A stretch of 64,000 nucleotides of DNA, taken from NCBI GenBank assembly GCA_040954595.2, contig CM082590.2, positions 620,001-684,000 on the forward strand, given 5' to 3'. The translations under genes and the position numbers were made by a program. Within the stretch, counting starts at the first letter, position 1, and every line of letters begins with the position of its first letter. Below are positions 1 to 13,431 of the stretch, piece after piece. A model generated the notes under the pieces. That model had not been told where the DNA came from. It ran no database searches and saw only the letters and a program-made list of their open reading frames with translations. This stretch comes from Balanoglossus misakiensis (taxonomy: Eukaryota; Animalia; Hemichordata).

Positions 1-214
1 TCACTGACAGAACGATTTGTAATGCTCACCATCATCTGGTGGACCTAGATCTAAAAATCACAAATGAAATGAATTTTAAATATCAAATATTTGAAAATAA
101 AATGTGACAAATATAACTGTTTCACACTTTATGAATATATTTAAAAACTGTCCAGGAAAACATCTAACAAAATCAAAAAAACATGTGACTGGATTTAAAA
201 GACAGAAATCAAAC

Positions 215-545
215 CACAAGGGGCTCTCCCTCCGCGATTTTGTTTGTTTGTTTGTTGTTGTTATTGATTGGCATAATAAATAAATATGGTCACGTTTGTC
301 TGTTGACATGTTAGGTATAATATTCAACGGTCAGGGTTAGGGTCACGGTGTATTCAACGGTCAGGTGGGAGTGCCATGGATCGAAAAAATGCCAACACTT
401 ACTCTAACCGTTGAATACATGTACACCCTAACCCTGACCGTTGAATACTAGTATACCTTACATGTCAACAAACAAACGTGACCATATTTATTTATTATGC
501 CAATCAATAACAACAAACAAAATCGCGGAGGGAGAGCCCCCTGTG
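215..545. mobile_element. Palindromic MITE with CAC...GTG termini and 7-bp TSD (possibly P-element-like)
   Basis: ~140-bp inverted arms (cacaaggggctctccctccgcgatttt / aaaatcgcggagggagagccccctgtg); ATCAAAC repeated at 208-214 and 546-552. Confidence 0.8.
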
Positions 546-1784
546 ATCAAACAGCAACAAAGATTATTGTGTTCTGGCTTGACTATAAAAGTTTTCTCTA
601 CTAAGATAAATTAGTTACCTGGGTATGGGGCCGCACAAAAGGTGAAAAACATCCTTTGGTAGACGAGGTGGTGATGATCGGCGACTGAAACACTGTCTGG
701 CCGGCTTTATGGTACATTCACCATGGCTTCCAGTAGCCGTGCAAAGTTTTGCGCGTCGGTCACTTCCATCCTGAACTAGTCAAGGATATTTTTATCTTTT
801 TCCGTAACCTTTAGGACGACTTATTCGTTGGCTTCATTCATGTTAAATCACGGGGATCCCTGGCTTTCCCAGCAGACAGAGGAGATGCGCGGCGACAGGA
901 CGCGTGCAGCCTGCACCGTGTGTTGACAGACTTCAACTACGAGCATCCGCAGTTGCTGTAGGGCGTACTGTTTTACGTCACACCATGATTAGAATAGGAC
1001 TGCCGTAAAGTGGCATTTGTCGAAATGTCATTTTTTTCGACAAAATACCGCCGTGGATTGGAAATTTATGCAAATGAGTTTTGTGTTATTTTTCTCAAAA
1101 AAGCCCGAAAACCTACGCGCGCGCGGACGCAAAACAAAGAATTTACTTACTTTGGCCTTACGCATTTTTACAATGTTTATGCTTTCGCTGTTTTGTCATA
1201 GCCATTCACTTCGTTGTGGTAGACAATGTTGGGCCCATTAGTGAGGGCGCTGCTCCAGTGGTAGTCTTCTGGCGTATCGTCATAGGCAATTTGTACATCA
1301 TGCAAGGCATTTTCGTTATTGTAGGCATTTGTGCGGGCGCTGTTCGGCAATCCCAATGAATCATGGGAAATAAAGCGGGGTCACGGGGTCATTCGTGCCA
1401 AAACTCTGCAAAGCGTGAGTGGTGTTCTATGGCAGTGCATTCGTATCAGGGCAAGTTTCAACATAGCGCTGGGTCACGATACGCATTTTTCTACAAACAA
1501 TCACGTAAAAAGCAATAACATAAACACAGCTATATCGACTATAACTTATTTTTTCGGAATATCATCCTTATCTCACAGCGAAATGTACGTAAGCAAAGCG
1601 AAAAAACACGAGTCTGGATACTATACTACTCCACTGTGCATGACGATAGGATACTAGGGAAACTGTAGTAGTCCGATCGAGTCGAGGTGCATATACGCAA
1701 GCTTAGCTACTAGTGCAACAATTAACGTATTGATTGTAGGACATGTAAGGCCCAGGTCGTATAATCCGTTTTTAAGAAGACCAA

Positions 1785-3391
1785 TTTTTAGGTCCCATTG
1801 GTATATGGATATATACCATGGGACCTTATGGGATCGGTTGCGTCTGTATGTATGTATGTATGTATGTATGGATGGATGGATGTATGTATGTCTGTATGTC
1901 CGTCCACATCAAAAACTTGAAAACCGCTGCGCGTATCACCTCAATATTTGGTGTGTAGGTGCAGGCTTGGCTGTAGATGGGAATTTGTCCAAACGAAGTT
2001 GCCAGGCCCAAAAATATGCAAATTAGCTGGAAAAATGTGAAATTTATCAAAACTCTGAAAGTCAACAATTACTCGTCAGATTGCTTTAAAAATTGGTATG
2101 CATGTACCATATGTCAACCTCACATCGACCTGTAAGTGTAAAGTTAAAATCATGGATGTTTTATTTTTTATGATTTTTTTAGTCTTTTTATTAATTTTAT
2201 ACCTTTACTTATACCTCTATGGTTAAGCTATGTCCACGTCTTATTGTGGAATTCTGGTCTGTGCAATAGTCCTGTACAGTGACTGTCTATTGGTCAGTGA
2301 GCACAATGGGGCCAAAATAAAAGGCAAAATTTTGGGCTCACCTGTAACACCTGCTAACACATTAATTATGTGCATACCTAATTCCGGGCTAACTAATAGG
2401 GCTAGAGGTTTCGTTCTTGTGGGACATGGACCAGTATAGGGTCAAAATTTCTTGCCCAAATTTTGGGTGACCTCAGGTGACCTTTGACCTACTTTCCTAT
2501 ATCTCGACATCCAGAGCAGGTACAGACTTGGAGTTTGGAGGGTTGGGACTAAAATTGAAAAGCCAAAATATTGGTCACCTGTGACACCTGCATATCTCAT
2601 TTATTATGTGCATACCTAATTCCAGACTAACCAATAGGACTATAGGTTTGGTTTTTGTTGAACATGGACCAGTATAAGGTCAAAATTTCTTGCCCAAATT
2701 TTGCATGACCTCAGGTGACCTTTAACCTACTTTATCATATCTTGGCATCCAGAGCAGGTACAGACTTGGCGTTTTGAGGGTTGGGACTAAAATTGAAAAG
2801 CCAAAATATTGGTCACCTGTGACACCTGCATATCTCATTTATTATGTGCATACCTAATTCCAGGCTAACCAATAGGACTATAGGTTTGGTTTTTGTTGAA
2901 CATGGACCAGTATAAGGTCAAAATTTCTTGCCCAAATTTTGCATGACCTCAGGTGACGTTTTACCTACTTTATCATATCTTGGCATCCAGAGCAGGTACA
3001 GACTTGGCGTTTTGCGGGTTGGGACTAAAATTGAAAAGCCAAAATTGGGGGTCACCTGTGACACCTGCATATCTCATTAATTATGTACATACCTAATTCC
3101 AGGCTAACCAATAGGGATATAGGTTTGGTTTTTGTTGAACATGGACCAGTATAAGGTCAAAATTTCTTGCCCAAATTTTGCATAACCTCAGGTGACCTTT
3201 GACCTACTTTTCCATATCTTGGCATCCAGAGCAGATATGCTTATTGCTATGTTGCTATGTGCTATGTTGGCTTGGGCCTGCTATTGCTGCTTGCAGATCT
3301 GCACGCAATGTCACCTGTAATTTTTATTCTGGTGTGTCACTGTTTCCGCATAATCCTCAAATGGGACCACAGTGTCCTTGACGCTATTTTT
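1785..3391 (+). mobile_element. Non-autonomous Helentron-like (HINE) element: family A ends around a family B satellite-bearing interior
   Basis: 5' hairpin AGGTCCCA..TGGGACCT plus (GTAT)n microsatellite; 3' subTIR TGGGACC plus GTGTC-CTT-GACGC stem-loop; T-run flanks; 2190-3297 matches family B at 45845-46717. Confidence 0.75.
2336..3235 (+). repeat. ~238-239-bp tandem satellite, ~3.8 copies, inside the HINE
   Basis: gtgacacctg recurs at 2581, 2819 and 3058. Confidence 0.92.
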
Positions 3392-4164
3392 AAAAGTATT
3401 ACAATATTCATGAAAAGTACTTCGCTTGACTTGGACCCCTAATCCGCCGTTTGACGGTGTGAACAATGCAGCAGACGGAGCAGCGGAGCCGCCGCCGGGG
3501 TTCTCTGTGGCTCCGGTGCAGTGCAAGGCCGAGTTCTCTTGTGGCTGTGGTATATATTTCAATGAAATTGATATACATCAGTTTGTAATGACCAATCATC
3601 TTGACAAAAAATTATTTCCTTCGAAAGTCACATTTATTTATAAATAAACAGCTTAGGGAAATGTGCATGCCCACTGCGTTGCGACACTTTGAACAACGAA
3701 CAGCACAACAAGATGACGAAAAACACATGCGGAAGACAATATTTCCTGTAATCATATAAGACAGTTACAGTGAAAACAAAGGCGGACTTAAGGCAAAATA
3801 CGGAATGATAATGACACGTTAGCGTAGTGGGCAGACATAATAGGGGAAAGCCATTGCGTCGGGGTCCCCGAGGTTGTTTGTGCTTGGGGAGTACCCTGGT
3901 ACTTGGTGTATGAGATTCTATTCCTCACATGACCACAGAGGTGTTATTTCAAATAGAAACATTCAATAAGTGACTGCATAACTATCATCATTCTTGTCAA
4001 TAACATTTCACATGTTTTAGTTAAAGAACATTTATCATCGAATCAGTACTTGTGTCACGCACTGATGCTTTTGGTCTGCAACAGTGTAGGATTGATTTGT
4101 ACCACTCTGTCAATTCCACACTCCCCATTCTCCATGCGGACACTAGCATGTATAATTTCATAGT

Positions 4165-5510
4165 TATAATAATAGTAATAATCATAATTTATTTCTGCAT
4201 AATGTAGGCCTCTGGCCCCTTACATGTGAATAGAGATTTTTGAAGTCGTTCAAGTGACAGCGTCTATAGACTGTACACATTATAATAACATGTCATGAAA
4301 AACCAAGGGAAACACAAATCGTAGCAATCACTCTGCTTCTTTAACTTTGAAAGCATGAAAAATAGATAAAGCTAATTTTTGATTTGATAAATGCATCTTT
4401 TGTCTCCATTAATGTATTTAAAGTGACCTCAAAAAGCAGGTACTTTTTCCTCAGATACTCCCAGAAAGGGCATACTAATAAAAATGATATTCTTCTTCTA
4501 TATCTTTCTGACATAATTTACAGATCCTCAAATTTACAGATCCTCAACACCTTGTCTATATGTCTATGTCGCCCAATTTCAATTTCTAGTCGGTGATTTC
4601 CACATCTGAATCTTGCCAATGCTCGACGATACTTGAAAAAATCAATGCATGAAATATACAATTCGAGTGTTAAATCTATTTTGAAATTCCTGTAATAGTT
4701 TGTTTTCTCATTTGTACTTACATCTGACCACCATTCCTGCCTTTTTACATCCTTAACTCTTGTAATAAATTCTGACAGAAAGGTATCTGTGTCACCTACA
4801 CCTTAATTTAACCACACGTGTCCTTGGCAGCAACAGCAAATTTTTCACATTGGTAGCCCATGTATGCTTCCCTTGTTTGTCTTTTCCAAGTAACATTTTG
4901 TATGCTTTGTGTGGAAGTCGTGACTCTGGCATTTCTAATATATGGATCCAGTACTTAACACATCTTTTTGCATAGTAGCAAAATAATGGCAATCTACCAC
5001 AATATCCCAGAACTGTGCAACTTGGTGTGCTATTTGACACACCTAAATATCGCTGGCAATATAAAAAGTGAACTCTTTCCAAATGTTCATATTATTGAAA
5101 ACCCCACACTTCTTACCCATAACTTAAGTACGGGTAAAATAAATACATAAACATTTTTAAAATACATTCCTGGAGATAAGTCTTTCATATTATTAATATA
5201 TTTTCCAAGTATAACCATTTTCTTCCTGGCCTTTACAGCCATATTTTTCGTGGTTACCGCTTGTGAAATTTTGGTTGATATAACTAGACCAAGATATTCG
5301 TAGGCACTTTCTACTTTAAGCTCTTGTCCCCCCAAAACCAACGCTTGAGGTACCCATCTTTCCTATATACAACCACTTTGGTTTCTGATAAATTTACAGC
5401 TCCATTTATTTTTCCATTTCAAAGTAAAATCATATAGAAATTTAATTAGTCTTTTTTTTTATCCAACAACTGTGTTTGAAAACAATACAATATCGTCAGC
5501 ATATAATAAT
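4165..5510 (-). mobile_element. 5'-truncated, degenerate non-LTR retrotransposon (L2/CR1 group): RT C-terminal half and tail
   Basis: Minus strand encodes LLYADDIVLFS (YADD at 5492-5503), YEYLGLVIS and LARFRCGNHRLEIEIGRH; frameshifts present; AATAAA plus (ATT)n tail near 4165-4195. Confidence 0.85.
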
Positions 5511-5695
5511 TACGATATGTGTGCATAATTTTAAATCTAGCTTAGGAGTCTGACCATAGTCTGCTGATATACAGAGTATTGGTCAATCTCCTTAAAAATT
5601 AAAAGTTTACATGTTAATCTCTATGTGGAGTCTGATTCATATCAGCTAGGGGTATGAGACAGTATGCATTTGGCATACATACAATGTACCAAGTA

Positions 5696-6307
5696 CCGTA
5701 ATCGTGCCTTCGGTTCAACCAGGAAAAATAATTATGCTGTATGAAAAGACGAAACAATGGGGGTAAAAATGAGTCAAAGTGCCAGAACACCCCCTCGGAC
5801 ATTTATGCAAATTAGGTTTAAATAGGCTTCATGGTGCTATTGAAAATCAACAACACATTTCGCCAACTTGTTCCATTTGTTGTCCCACATTAAATGAATG
5901 GAAGATCCGAGAAAATCCACACCTTTCCAGCTTTTTCTCAGTCATCCTATAAGTATAAGCGCTACTACGGTACCGCCTGTGAGTCTTACAAGTTACAGCT
6001 TTGAAACCAGTGCGTAATATAAAAGCATGTGGGAACACGCTATGAGTTGGTCCCTTGGGACAAAGACGTTTTTAATTTATTCACGCACAGTATTGTGTTT
6101 TTAGGCAGACAATGGCAAGACCCAGTTGCCTAGCAATTATCACCATGAACTTTCCCACAAGTTTCACTATCACTTCCACTGGGCGTCTCAAACAGGTTAT
6201 GCGTTTACCCACTAGGCGAAATTTTAGGGGTTGTAAAATAATTAATTATCGGAAGAATAGTGGGTGGTCGAACTAATGGTGTGGTCGAACCGAAGGCAGG
6301 ATTAAGG
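5696..6307. mobile_element. Tc1/mariner-pogo-type MITE
   Basis: TA-flanked imperfect TIRs ccgtaatcgtgccttcggttcaacc / ggtcgaaccgaaggcaggattaagg. Confidence 0.7.
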
Positions 6308-6368
6308 TATCTACATGTATTTTTTTTTTCAATTTAAGTTGAATCACTTGTATGTGTCTTGTGTATAG

Positions 6369-6459
6369 GTGACCGGTGCCGTACTGAAATTAATAGAAAG
6401 AGAAAGAAACGGAGAGACTATCAACACCAGGTTAATAAGAGGTGTTATTGATTGCTATG
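6369..6459 (+). CDS. CUL1: Cullin-1 coding exon a (first exon found in window; [30 protein letters not shown])
   Basis: tatag|GTG acceptor and G|gtgagt donor; 91 nt; translation matches the CUL1 segment [30 protein letters not shown]. Confidence 0.95.
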
Positions 6460-6619
6460 GTGAGTATAATATATTGACCTGAAATAAATGTTATTGTTAA
6501 AACTGTTATAATCAGTTATTGACTACAGTATTAAAGTCCCAATAGCTAACATTATCTTCATGATTTTATTTTCGTGCGGTACTTGAAATTGATCTCTTCC
6601 CTTAGAAAGGTCTATTTAA

Positions 6620-8562
6620 GGTGGCATTGCACGAAACTGTCAAGACTTTTTCAGAGGCCTATTTCTCATCAAAGACAACATTAAAACCCCTATAAACAGT
6701 TCGTGTTCAGTCTAATAAACTTAGATATCGTTTCTTCGCGGAAAGCGCATGCGCAATAGTACATATTAATATCAATTAGCTAATGCGGAAGTATTGTACG
6801 CAGAGTTATGTTCGGCTGTTTTCGTCCTCATTTAAAGCCCATATGCCGTTCATTCGACTATTTTCGGATGTAACATCGTCTAGAGAGGTCAGTGGACACA
6901 ATGGCGGAGTAAATTCAAAACTTTGCCAGCTACGATCGATCGAATTTTTGGTTGCTGTGGACGCTGATGTCAGCATATTTCTTGGTGCTTCTTTTGTGTA
7001 ATTGTACTCGTTCAATAGGCGTTTTTTGTTCAATTTTCTGACGAACAAGAAAGTAATCTTTCCATTGATGTATGACACGTGGTAACTGGTCATTGGGGAA
7101 AAATGGGGCAAACTTTTAAAAATTCCTTAGTCTTGTTGATCGTGACATGCATGTCAGTAATGAACCTCATACGCGTATGTGTAGCTCATTTGACGTTACG
7201 TTCATAAGGTACGCTATCAATCACACTCCTATCTTGCTGATGAGACAAACACACGACCAACTTTAACTTTAGCAAAAGCGAAGGAACAACGAACTATACG
7301 CTAAAATGTGTCTCAAAGTGACGAAATCTGTTATCTGGTTATATATAATGCGAATGACTTTTAACACGAGTTAGAATGCTATCGAAATATTGGAAATGGT
7401 TTGATTGCTTGGTCTGTTCAACGGTCAACACAAGTACGCGCCAAGTGACATGCCAATGCCATTGCATGCCGCGTACTTACTTAAAAACTATACGTTTTTG
7501 CTAATGCTAATTTTTGCTAAAACATTAGTTTTTGCTAATGTCCAACACGTAAACTAAATTTAGGAGGTCGAACTGATAAATAGAAATAATACTCTCAGTT
7601 GGTGGTCGATCCATTCCGACAGACCGAGAACAGAAACAATCGACACAATGATGAGGAGCGTGGCCTGTTTTTGATGTGTACGAATATGGGAATTACGAAC
7701 ATGGTACGAGGAACTCCCTTTGACCTTCTACATGACCTGACCCATTCCATGTCCCGGTTCTGCACTTGCGCAGTAGCATTGCATTGCATTGCGAATGCGC
7801 AGAAACGATGTCTAATATTAGACTGAACATGAACTGATAAACTATACAATATTCTGGAAGCTGAGTTTTTGAACTTTTGTTTGAGTTGCACATTTTATTG
7901 AGCCCCAGAAATGGTGGCATTTTTGGGTTAAAATCCCCATTTTTTGATATTATGTCATTCAATTGAAATTAGGTAAAAAAGTTGACAATGCATCATGCAT
8001 CTTAATATGTCATTCGAAAGTAGAGTACATGTGCAAAAAAAACGAAAATTTTTTTTTGTGTTATCTGCTTCCATTGAGGAGTAACAGCGTTTGAAAGTTA
8101 GATTTTTAGAAAATTTGATCAAATTCACGATGAGTTGTTAAAATCAGAGTTTATTCCAGTCAGGGACACTTTATCGACTAAAAAAAATTCATTCTGTTGG
8201 ATGGGTCATACACAATCCCTTGTTAAAATTTGATCAAATTCACGGTGAGTTGTATTGAATCAGAGTTTATTCCCGCCAGGGACATTATCGACTAACAAAA
8301 ATACCGTTTTGTTGGATGGGTCATACACAATCCCTTGTTAAAATTTGAGCAAATTCAGCCAATGCAGACCGAAGCTAAATTTTTCTGAAGTTGTCAAAAG
8401 CAGCAAAAATGCAAACTGAGAAAAATGGCCATTTGCATTTGGGTGATTATGCACCATTTCCGCCAAGACGCATTAGTCAGAATGTTGATCAGTATTAGAC
8501 CTAACAATTTATGTAAAAAAGTAAAATTTGGCAAAAATCACAACTTTTCATGCAATGCCACC
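6620..8562. mobile_element. Kolobok-like non-autonomous DNA transposon (1.94 kb)
   Basis: TTAA at 6616-6619 and 8563-8566; TIR GGTGGCATTGCA; shorter copy at 60694-61387. Confidence 0.8.
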
Positions 8563-9410
8563 TTAAATAAGCTTACTGATGGGTAAACACAAACATAATA
8601 TCATCCTCTTATTGTGTCTGGACATGTAAAAATAAACAAGTTAAATAATACACAGGTGCAGCACCCATTTATTCAGTCGCCCATTGCAGGTGTAGTATGC
8701 ACACATGGGTGTCATAATCTCCAACAAGTCAAAATTGTGTTGTTTGTCAACTAAGAATAAGGAGAAGATTGAAGTATTTCATCGGTTAAAATATGCTACA
8801 AGGCAGCTATTGGGGATTATAATATGCTGGAGCCGGGGTTTATATTCTCGACAAGAAGACCTGGACCGTGAACAGTGAATAGTTACAAAAAGTAACTGAA
8901 ATGTAACACGTAGATGAGAACGCGCCTGAATAGTGGCAGTGGCATAAAGTCGCGCGACTTTTGAATTTCTAGAACATGTTTGCATGAGCTCAGCTGGCAC
9001 GTTCTGGAACAGTGCGTGATGAGGCCATGGAACTGGTATGATTTATGCCCAACCAAACAACGAATTTAAAAGAATGATTGAAAATGTTTATCAGTATCAC
9101 GTAAAATCATATTATAATGAGGTAATACACGGTGCGCTCGGGTATTTGGTTGTGGATATAAGACCTCTCAGGTGAAAATTAGCATGTTTGGCGGGAAATA
9201 ATCACCAAGCGAAGCAACCAAATACCCTCGCTAGCCGTTTATAACCTCTAATTAACATAGGTTTGAGTGGAAAAATGGCCAATACTGAAATTTTACTGCT
9301 TGACAGTGTGGCATGTAACACCCCGGACAAGAAGTGGGTTAAAAGTATAATCAGTGTTAATTTACATAAGTTAATAAACGGTATGAATTGTTTTCTTGTG
9401 CTGTTTACAG

Positions 9411-9574
9411 TTGAACTCGGTCTGAATGAAGATGATCCAGCATCAAAGGGACCCACTCTGAATGTCTACAAGGAGTCCTTTGAAATGCAATTTTTATCGG
9501 ATACAGAGAGATTCTACACATCAGAGAGCACTGAATTCCTTCGTCAGAATCCTGTCACAGAATACATGAAAAAG
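9411..9574 (+). CDS. CUL1: Cullin-1 exon b ([25 protein letters not shown]...NPVTEYMKK)
   Basis: ttacag| acceptor, AAG|gtaacg donor; 164 nt; phase fits exon a. Confidence 0.97.
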
Positions 9575-10087
9575 GTAACGTAACAATCTTCTCTTGACTC
9601 TTGAATACATGCAGTACGCCCTGTAAGCCCATATGGTGCACCACTGACAAACAAACTCACTGGTGACTCAAGAAATTATCCACACTAAATGCAAAGGTTG
9701 GGGCTGGCTCAGAGAAATTTCTAGAAATCTCCAAATTGACTCAAGGCTTTTAAAAATGATGTTTTTACTGGTCACACTGGATTCATATGTACAATTATGA
9801 TCGGCAAAATTGAAAATATTAATTTTATTTAATTGCAGATTTTTCTCCTTTGTATTAAAATCTGTAATAAAATATGACAGGTCACGGTGCCAGTTACAAG
9901 GCTGTGAAGTTAGTCAGTGATGAAAAAAGTTGCTTTCATCAAGGGTTTGTCTATGAGTGAACACACTCAGTGACCCTACAATTTTAGTCCGCCACTGAGA
10001 TTATTTGTAAATATTCATGAAAATAATAAAAGTCATTGGGTTTTCTGGCAATTCTCAATATAATCCCATGGGGAAAAAGTTCCACGC

Positions 10088-10830
10088 ATGCATCATAGTC
10101 GCCAGTGGTTAAAGCGTCAGACTCATGATTGGAAGGCATGGCTGTGGTGTTGTGTCCAGTTTACTTCTCATTTCTTCTCCCCATCCAGGAGAAATGGGTA
10201 CCTGGTAGGACAGAGATTGCAATGTGTGTGTTTAGCTCTGCTGCACTGATATAACAGCTGCACATGTGAGCTGTTGTTTGCTCCCCAGGGAGTTGAATGG
10301 AATATTTAGGTCCAATGACCTGGGGAAAAATTATCAGAGCACACTGAGATGTACATGTATTAAATATTAGATAATATGAGGTTATTACAAAAGTTCCGCA
10401 AAGTATGCACGAGGACATTAGCGCCGAGTATCGCCCGACGCGTAGCGGAGGGCGATGCACTGCGCTAATGTCCAAGTGCATACTTTCTGGTATTTTTGTA
10501 ATAACCATTATATTATATCTTACATCTCAGTTAGTTCTTGTGTTCCATATTACTTGGCTTTCAAAATGCCGATACAATCAATCGAAAAACGCTCAGTTGA
10601 CTCAGTGAGCAGCCATCTTTTTTTTTTGTTTACGTGCGTTGGAGTGGGGTGTCTTGAAACTGTCCGCATAATAACGCATACCTGTACACGGTGAGTTGGG
10701 GCGCCTTGAAACTTAAGACGTATTTAACAAGCGTTCCGTACGTACCGTTCCATACGGCTTTTTATTGCACGCCAAAATCTATTGTTCTCAGCACTAGATG
10801 TATAATAATGCGCTATCTTATTATTATTAT
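10088..10830 (+). mobile_element. Degenerate tRNA-derived SINE interrupted by a hairpin element
   Basis: Homologous to the SINE at 15466; A-box-like head, ATGGGTACC core, (ATT)n tail resuming at ~10811. Confidence 0.65.
10379..10810. mobile_element. Crypton-like stem-loop element
   Basis: ~125-nt hairpin gttattacaaaa...tttgtaataac with central GACGCGTAGCGGAGGGCG; no TSD. Confidence 0.55.
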
Positions 10831-11021
10831 TCTGGATTCTCCCTAAAAAAATCATAAAGTGGCAGCTAATTTACATAACAGTCAATATAATTGTTATGAT
10901 AATGAATTTCTATTGTTTGCTAAAAATTGAAGAGTAGAAGCCACCACTCTGTAGTGGTCTAGGGAGAATGACGATTATTATTATTCACATACATCTTTAA
11001 CCTTTGTTATTGTCTGTGCAG

Positions 11022-11184
11022 GGCGAGTGTCGACTAATGGAAGAACAGCGACGCGTTCAAGTCTATTTGCATGAAAGTACACAAGATGAATTAGCTAAGA
11101 CTTGTGAACGTGTCCTTATAGAGAAACATCTAGAAATCTTCCATGCTGAGTTTCAGAATCTTCTAGATGACGATAAAAACCAAG
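11022..11184 (+). CDS. CUL1: Cullin-1 exon c ([26 protein letters not shown]...[10 protein letters not shown])
   Basis: gtgcag| acceptor, G|gtgagt donor; 163 nt. Confidence 0.97.
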
Positions 11185-11260
11185 GTGAGTTCTGTACATT
11201 TCTTGTAATGTCAATCAATCAATCAATTAATCAATAACCAAAGTTAATATAGCGTCTTAA

Positions 11261-12797
11261 CACTTTCGCTGCGGGAGGGCGTTTTCTGCGCCGGCAGTCA
11301 GAATGCGGGAGGCGCAGAAATGTCCGTTAATGGTTCTGTTCTATTTTATGTTCGTTGCTTATTTACTCATTTTGTATGGCTATATATAGGACAGGGGTCA
11401 ACCCTAATTGAGCATGCGCATATGTTTTGTAAACAATTAAGTCGATTTTGTCATCGAAGGGTTTCCTTATACAGCTGATTTTAGGTCGCCCCAATCATAT
11501 TTTTTCATTCACTTGGTATTTAAAAATATGATTTTAGGTCGCCCCAATCATATTTTTTCATTCACTTGGTATTTAAAAATGGCGACACGGGCAAAGTTTG
11601 ATGCCGACGAAGTTCTTGAACAAGTCTTTCAGGATAGTGACAGTGATCATAGCGATAGCGGAAGCCAAATTACGGACAACAATATAATAGAACCAGAAAT
11701 AGAAGCCAGACATGGAGAAAACAGAGTAGAGACAGAGAGAGAGGGAGGGTTTTTGCCATGTTCTCAGACATATACGCTTATGGTGACACGCGGTGGGTTT
11801 TGAACGACGTCAATGACAATTACACACCGGACTGGTTGTCTGTATACGATCGTCGCTAAGGTTTATAAGTTGACACTGATGACTTCGCACCCGTTGACTT
11901 TTTTCAGCTGTTCTTTCCTGGTGATGTGTTTGAGTTGATGTCATTGTCAGAGCAAACTGATATGTACACCACACAATTTTTTGACAACCTGCAATTGATG
12001 AGTTGCCCTTCCGGTCAAGATTTCGCCAGATGCCTACTTCACGGAATTAAAATTAAATGAAGGCGTAGGTTTCTTTGCAAATCTTGATGGGACTTTGCCA
12101 GCAATCTATGTTGTCAGAGTATTATATCTATTTGAAATGAATTGCCAAAACAGTACTATGCTAATGATTTTTTAAAATGTGTGTATATTCATATTTACCT
12201 ACCTTGATTTCCTCAACTTTCAATTCATTAAAATGTAGAGTATTTAAAAAATTACTTAATTAATTTATTTTATTATTATTTATTTACAAATTCAATCATT
12301 CACCTTTGTACTAATAAACTCTATTTCTTTCTCAGATTTTAAATATGTATACATGTAAATGGTGGGCATGATTTGATAACTGTTTTTATGGTCCATTAAT
12401 AAATTTGATCAAATTTCTTGCTCAAAAGTCACTTGTTATTCCCTTTTATACAGGGGGAAGTTGTTTTTGACTATTTTTGTCTGTCAGCTGTGATACAATG
12501 AATTGAATATAGTATTTCAGTCACTTTTATTACAAGATCTGTTGTTTTTTACCATATTTCAACAGAAATCCATTATGGCCGCCAGTGTCACATGACCAAT
12601 TAATGGTCATGTGACCATTTTTCAGTTTAATTATGTTGTTTGTCTTATAAAATATACTTGCTGGAAATATCATTGCAAATACTTTCATATTAAGAGAGAT
12701 AGAGATGGTAAAGTAAAACATTGTTTATTAGTTAAATTTACCATAGGAAACTACGCACAGGAATACATTAGCATATATTATCTACGCAGTGAAAGTG
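11261..12797 (+). mobile_element. Internally deleted piggyBac transposon with transposase remnant
   Basis: TTAA at 11257-11260 and 12798-12801; TIR CACTTTC(G/A)CTGCG; acidic N-terminus MATRAKFDADEVLEQVFQDSDSD, then PVDFFQLFF and MKA*VSLQILMGL motifs of piggyBac transposases. Confidence 0.82.
11476..11580 (+). repeat. 53-bp tandem duplication upstream of the piggyBac ATG
   Basis: tgattttaggtcgccccaatcatattttttcattcacttggtatttaaaaat occurs twice. Confidence 0.9.
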
Positions 12798-13431
12798 TTA
12801 ATCCAAAAACTAAAATTTTGAACATATGAGTTTTTAGTTTTCTTTTGAAAGATTCTGGGTTTGTAGATTCCCTGATGTCATGGGGTAGTGCATTCCACAG
12901 TTTAGGGGCTGCATTAGCATATCCTGATGAAAAACAATAGAACTGCAGGACCTCAGTGGAAACAAAATTAGATGAACCGCAGATTGCCAAAAAGAAAATC
13001 CCGAACAGGTTGTTGACTACAGCTTCAGATCGGATGAAACTTACAACTTTCCAGTCAGTAGACCTTCATAGAGCAAATGTGATAAAATTAGTGAGTTCCT
13101 AAGGCCTTAACACGACAAACATTGGCAAAAACTGATGTGCACAATGTGGAAGCTGCCCGTGGGACGCAATACCAAAATAAGACATCAAATCAGGTCCAAT
13201 AATCAATATCATTCAAGGTAAGCTAATTACCAGGTCCAAGAAAGAAATGAGAAAAAAAATGACAATTTCAACAAGATCATCTTAGATGGAACACTGTATA
13301 ATCCAATAGTACCCGGCAAGTGATTTGCTAGAAACATTGGTGGGCATTTTACAAAAATGGACTGATCTTATGCCACCTGATTTCCTTATAAGTAGTTATT
13401 GACCTGTTGATCCAGCTCTGGATATGTCATT

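Larger units (their letters stand above)
11210..12925 (-). mobile_element. 3' end of an L2/CR1-group LINE split by the piggyBac insertion
   Basis: 12802-12925 minus strand encodes AAPKLWNALPHDIRES..SFKRKLKTHMF; (TTGA)n tail at 11210-11235 on the other side of the piggyBac. Confidence 0.7.

Noticed and set aside
215-545. RAG/Transib RSS-like ends (CACAGGG similar to the heptamer CACAGTG)
   Set aside because: No nonamer at 12/23 spacing, TSD is 7 bp rather than 5 bp, and no RAG-like coding sequence is present
3368-3374. Exact CACAGTG heptamer in family A tails (also near 24258)
   Set aside because: Other copies read CACCGTG; it is a variable linker between the subTIR and stem-loop, with no nonamer
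1-6368. Upstream CUL1 exon (LALVTWR..LF.PLNKQ) and promoter
   Set aside because: Not found by eye; probably upstream of the window, although a short exon could have been missed
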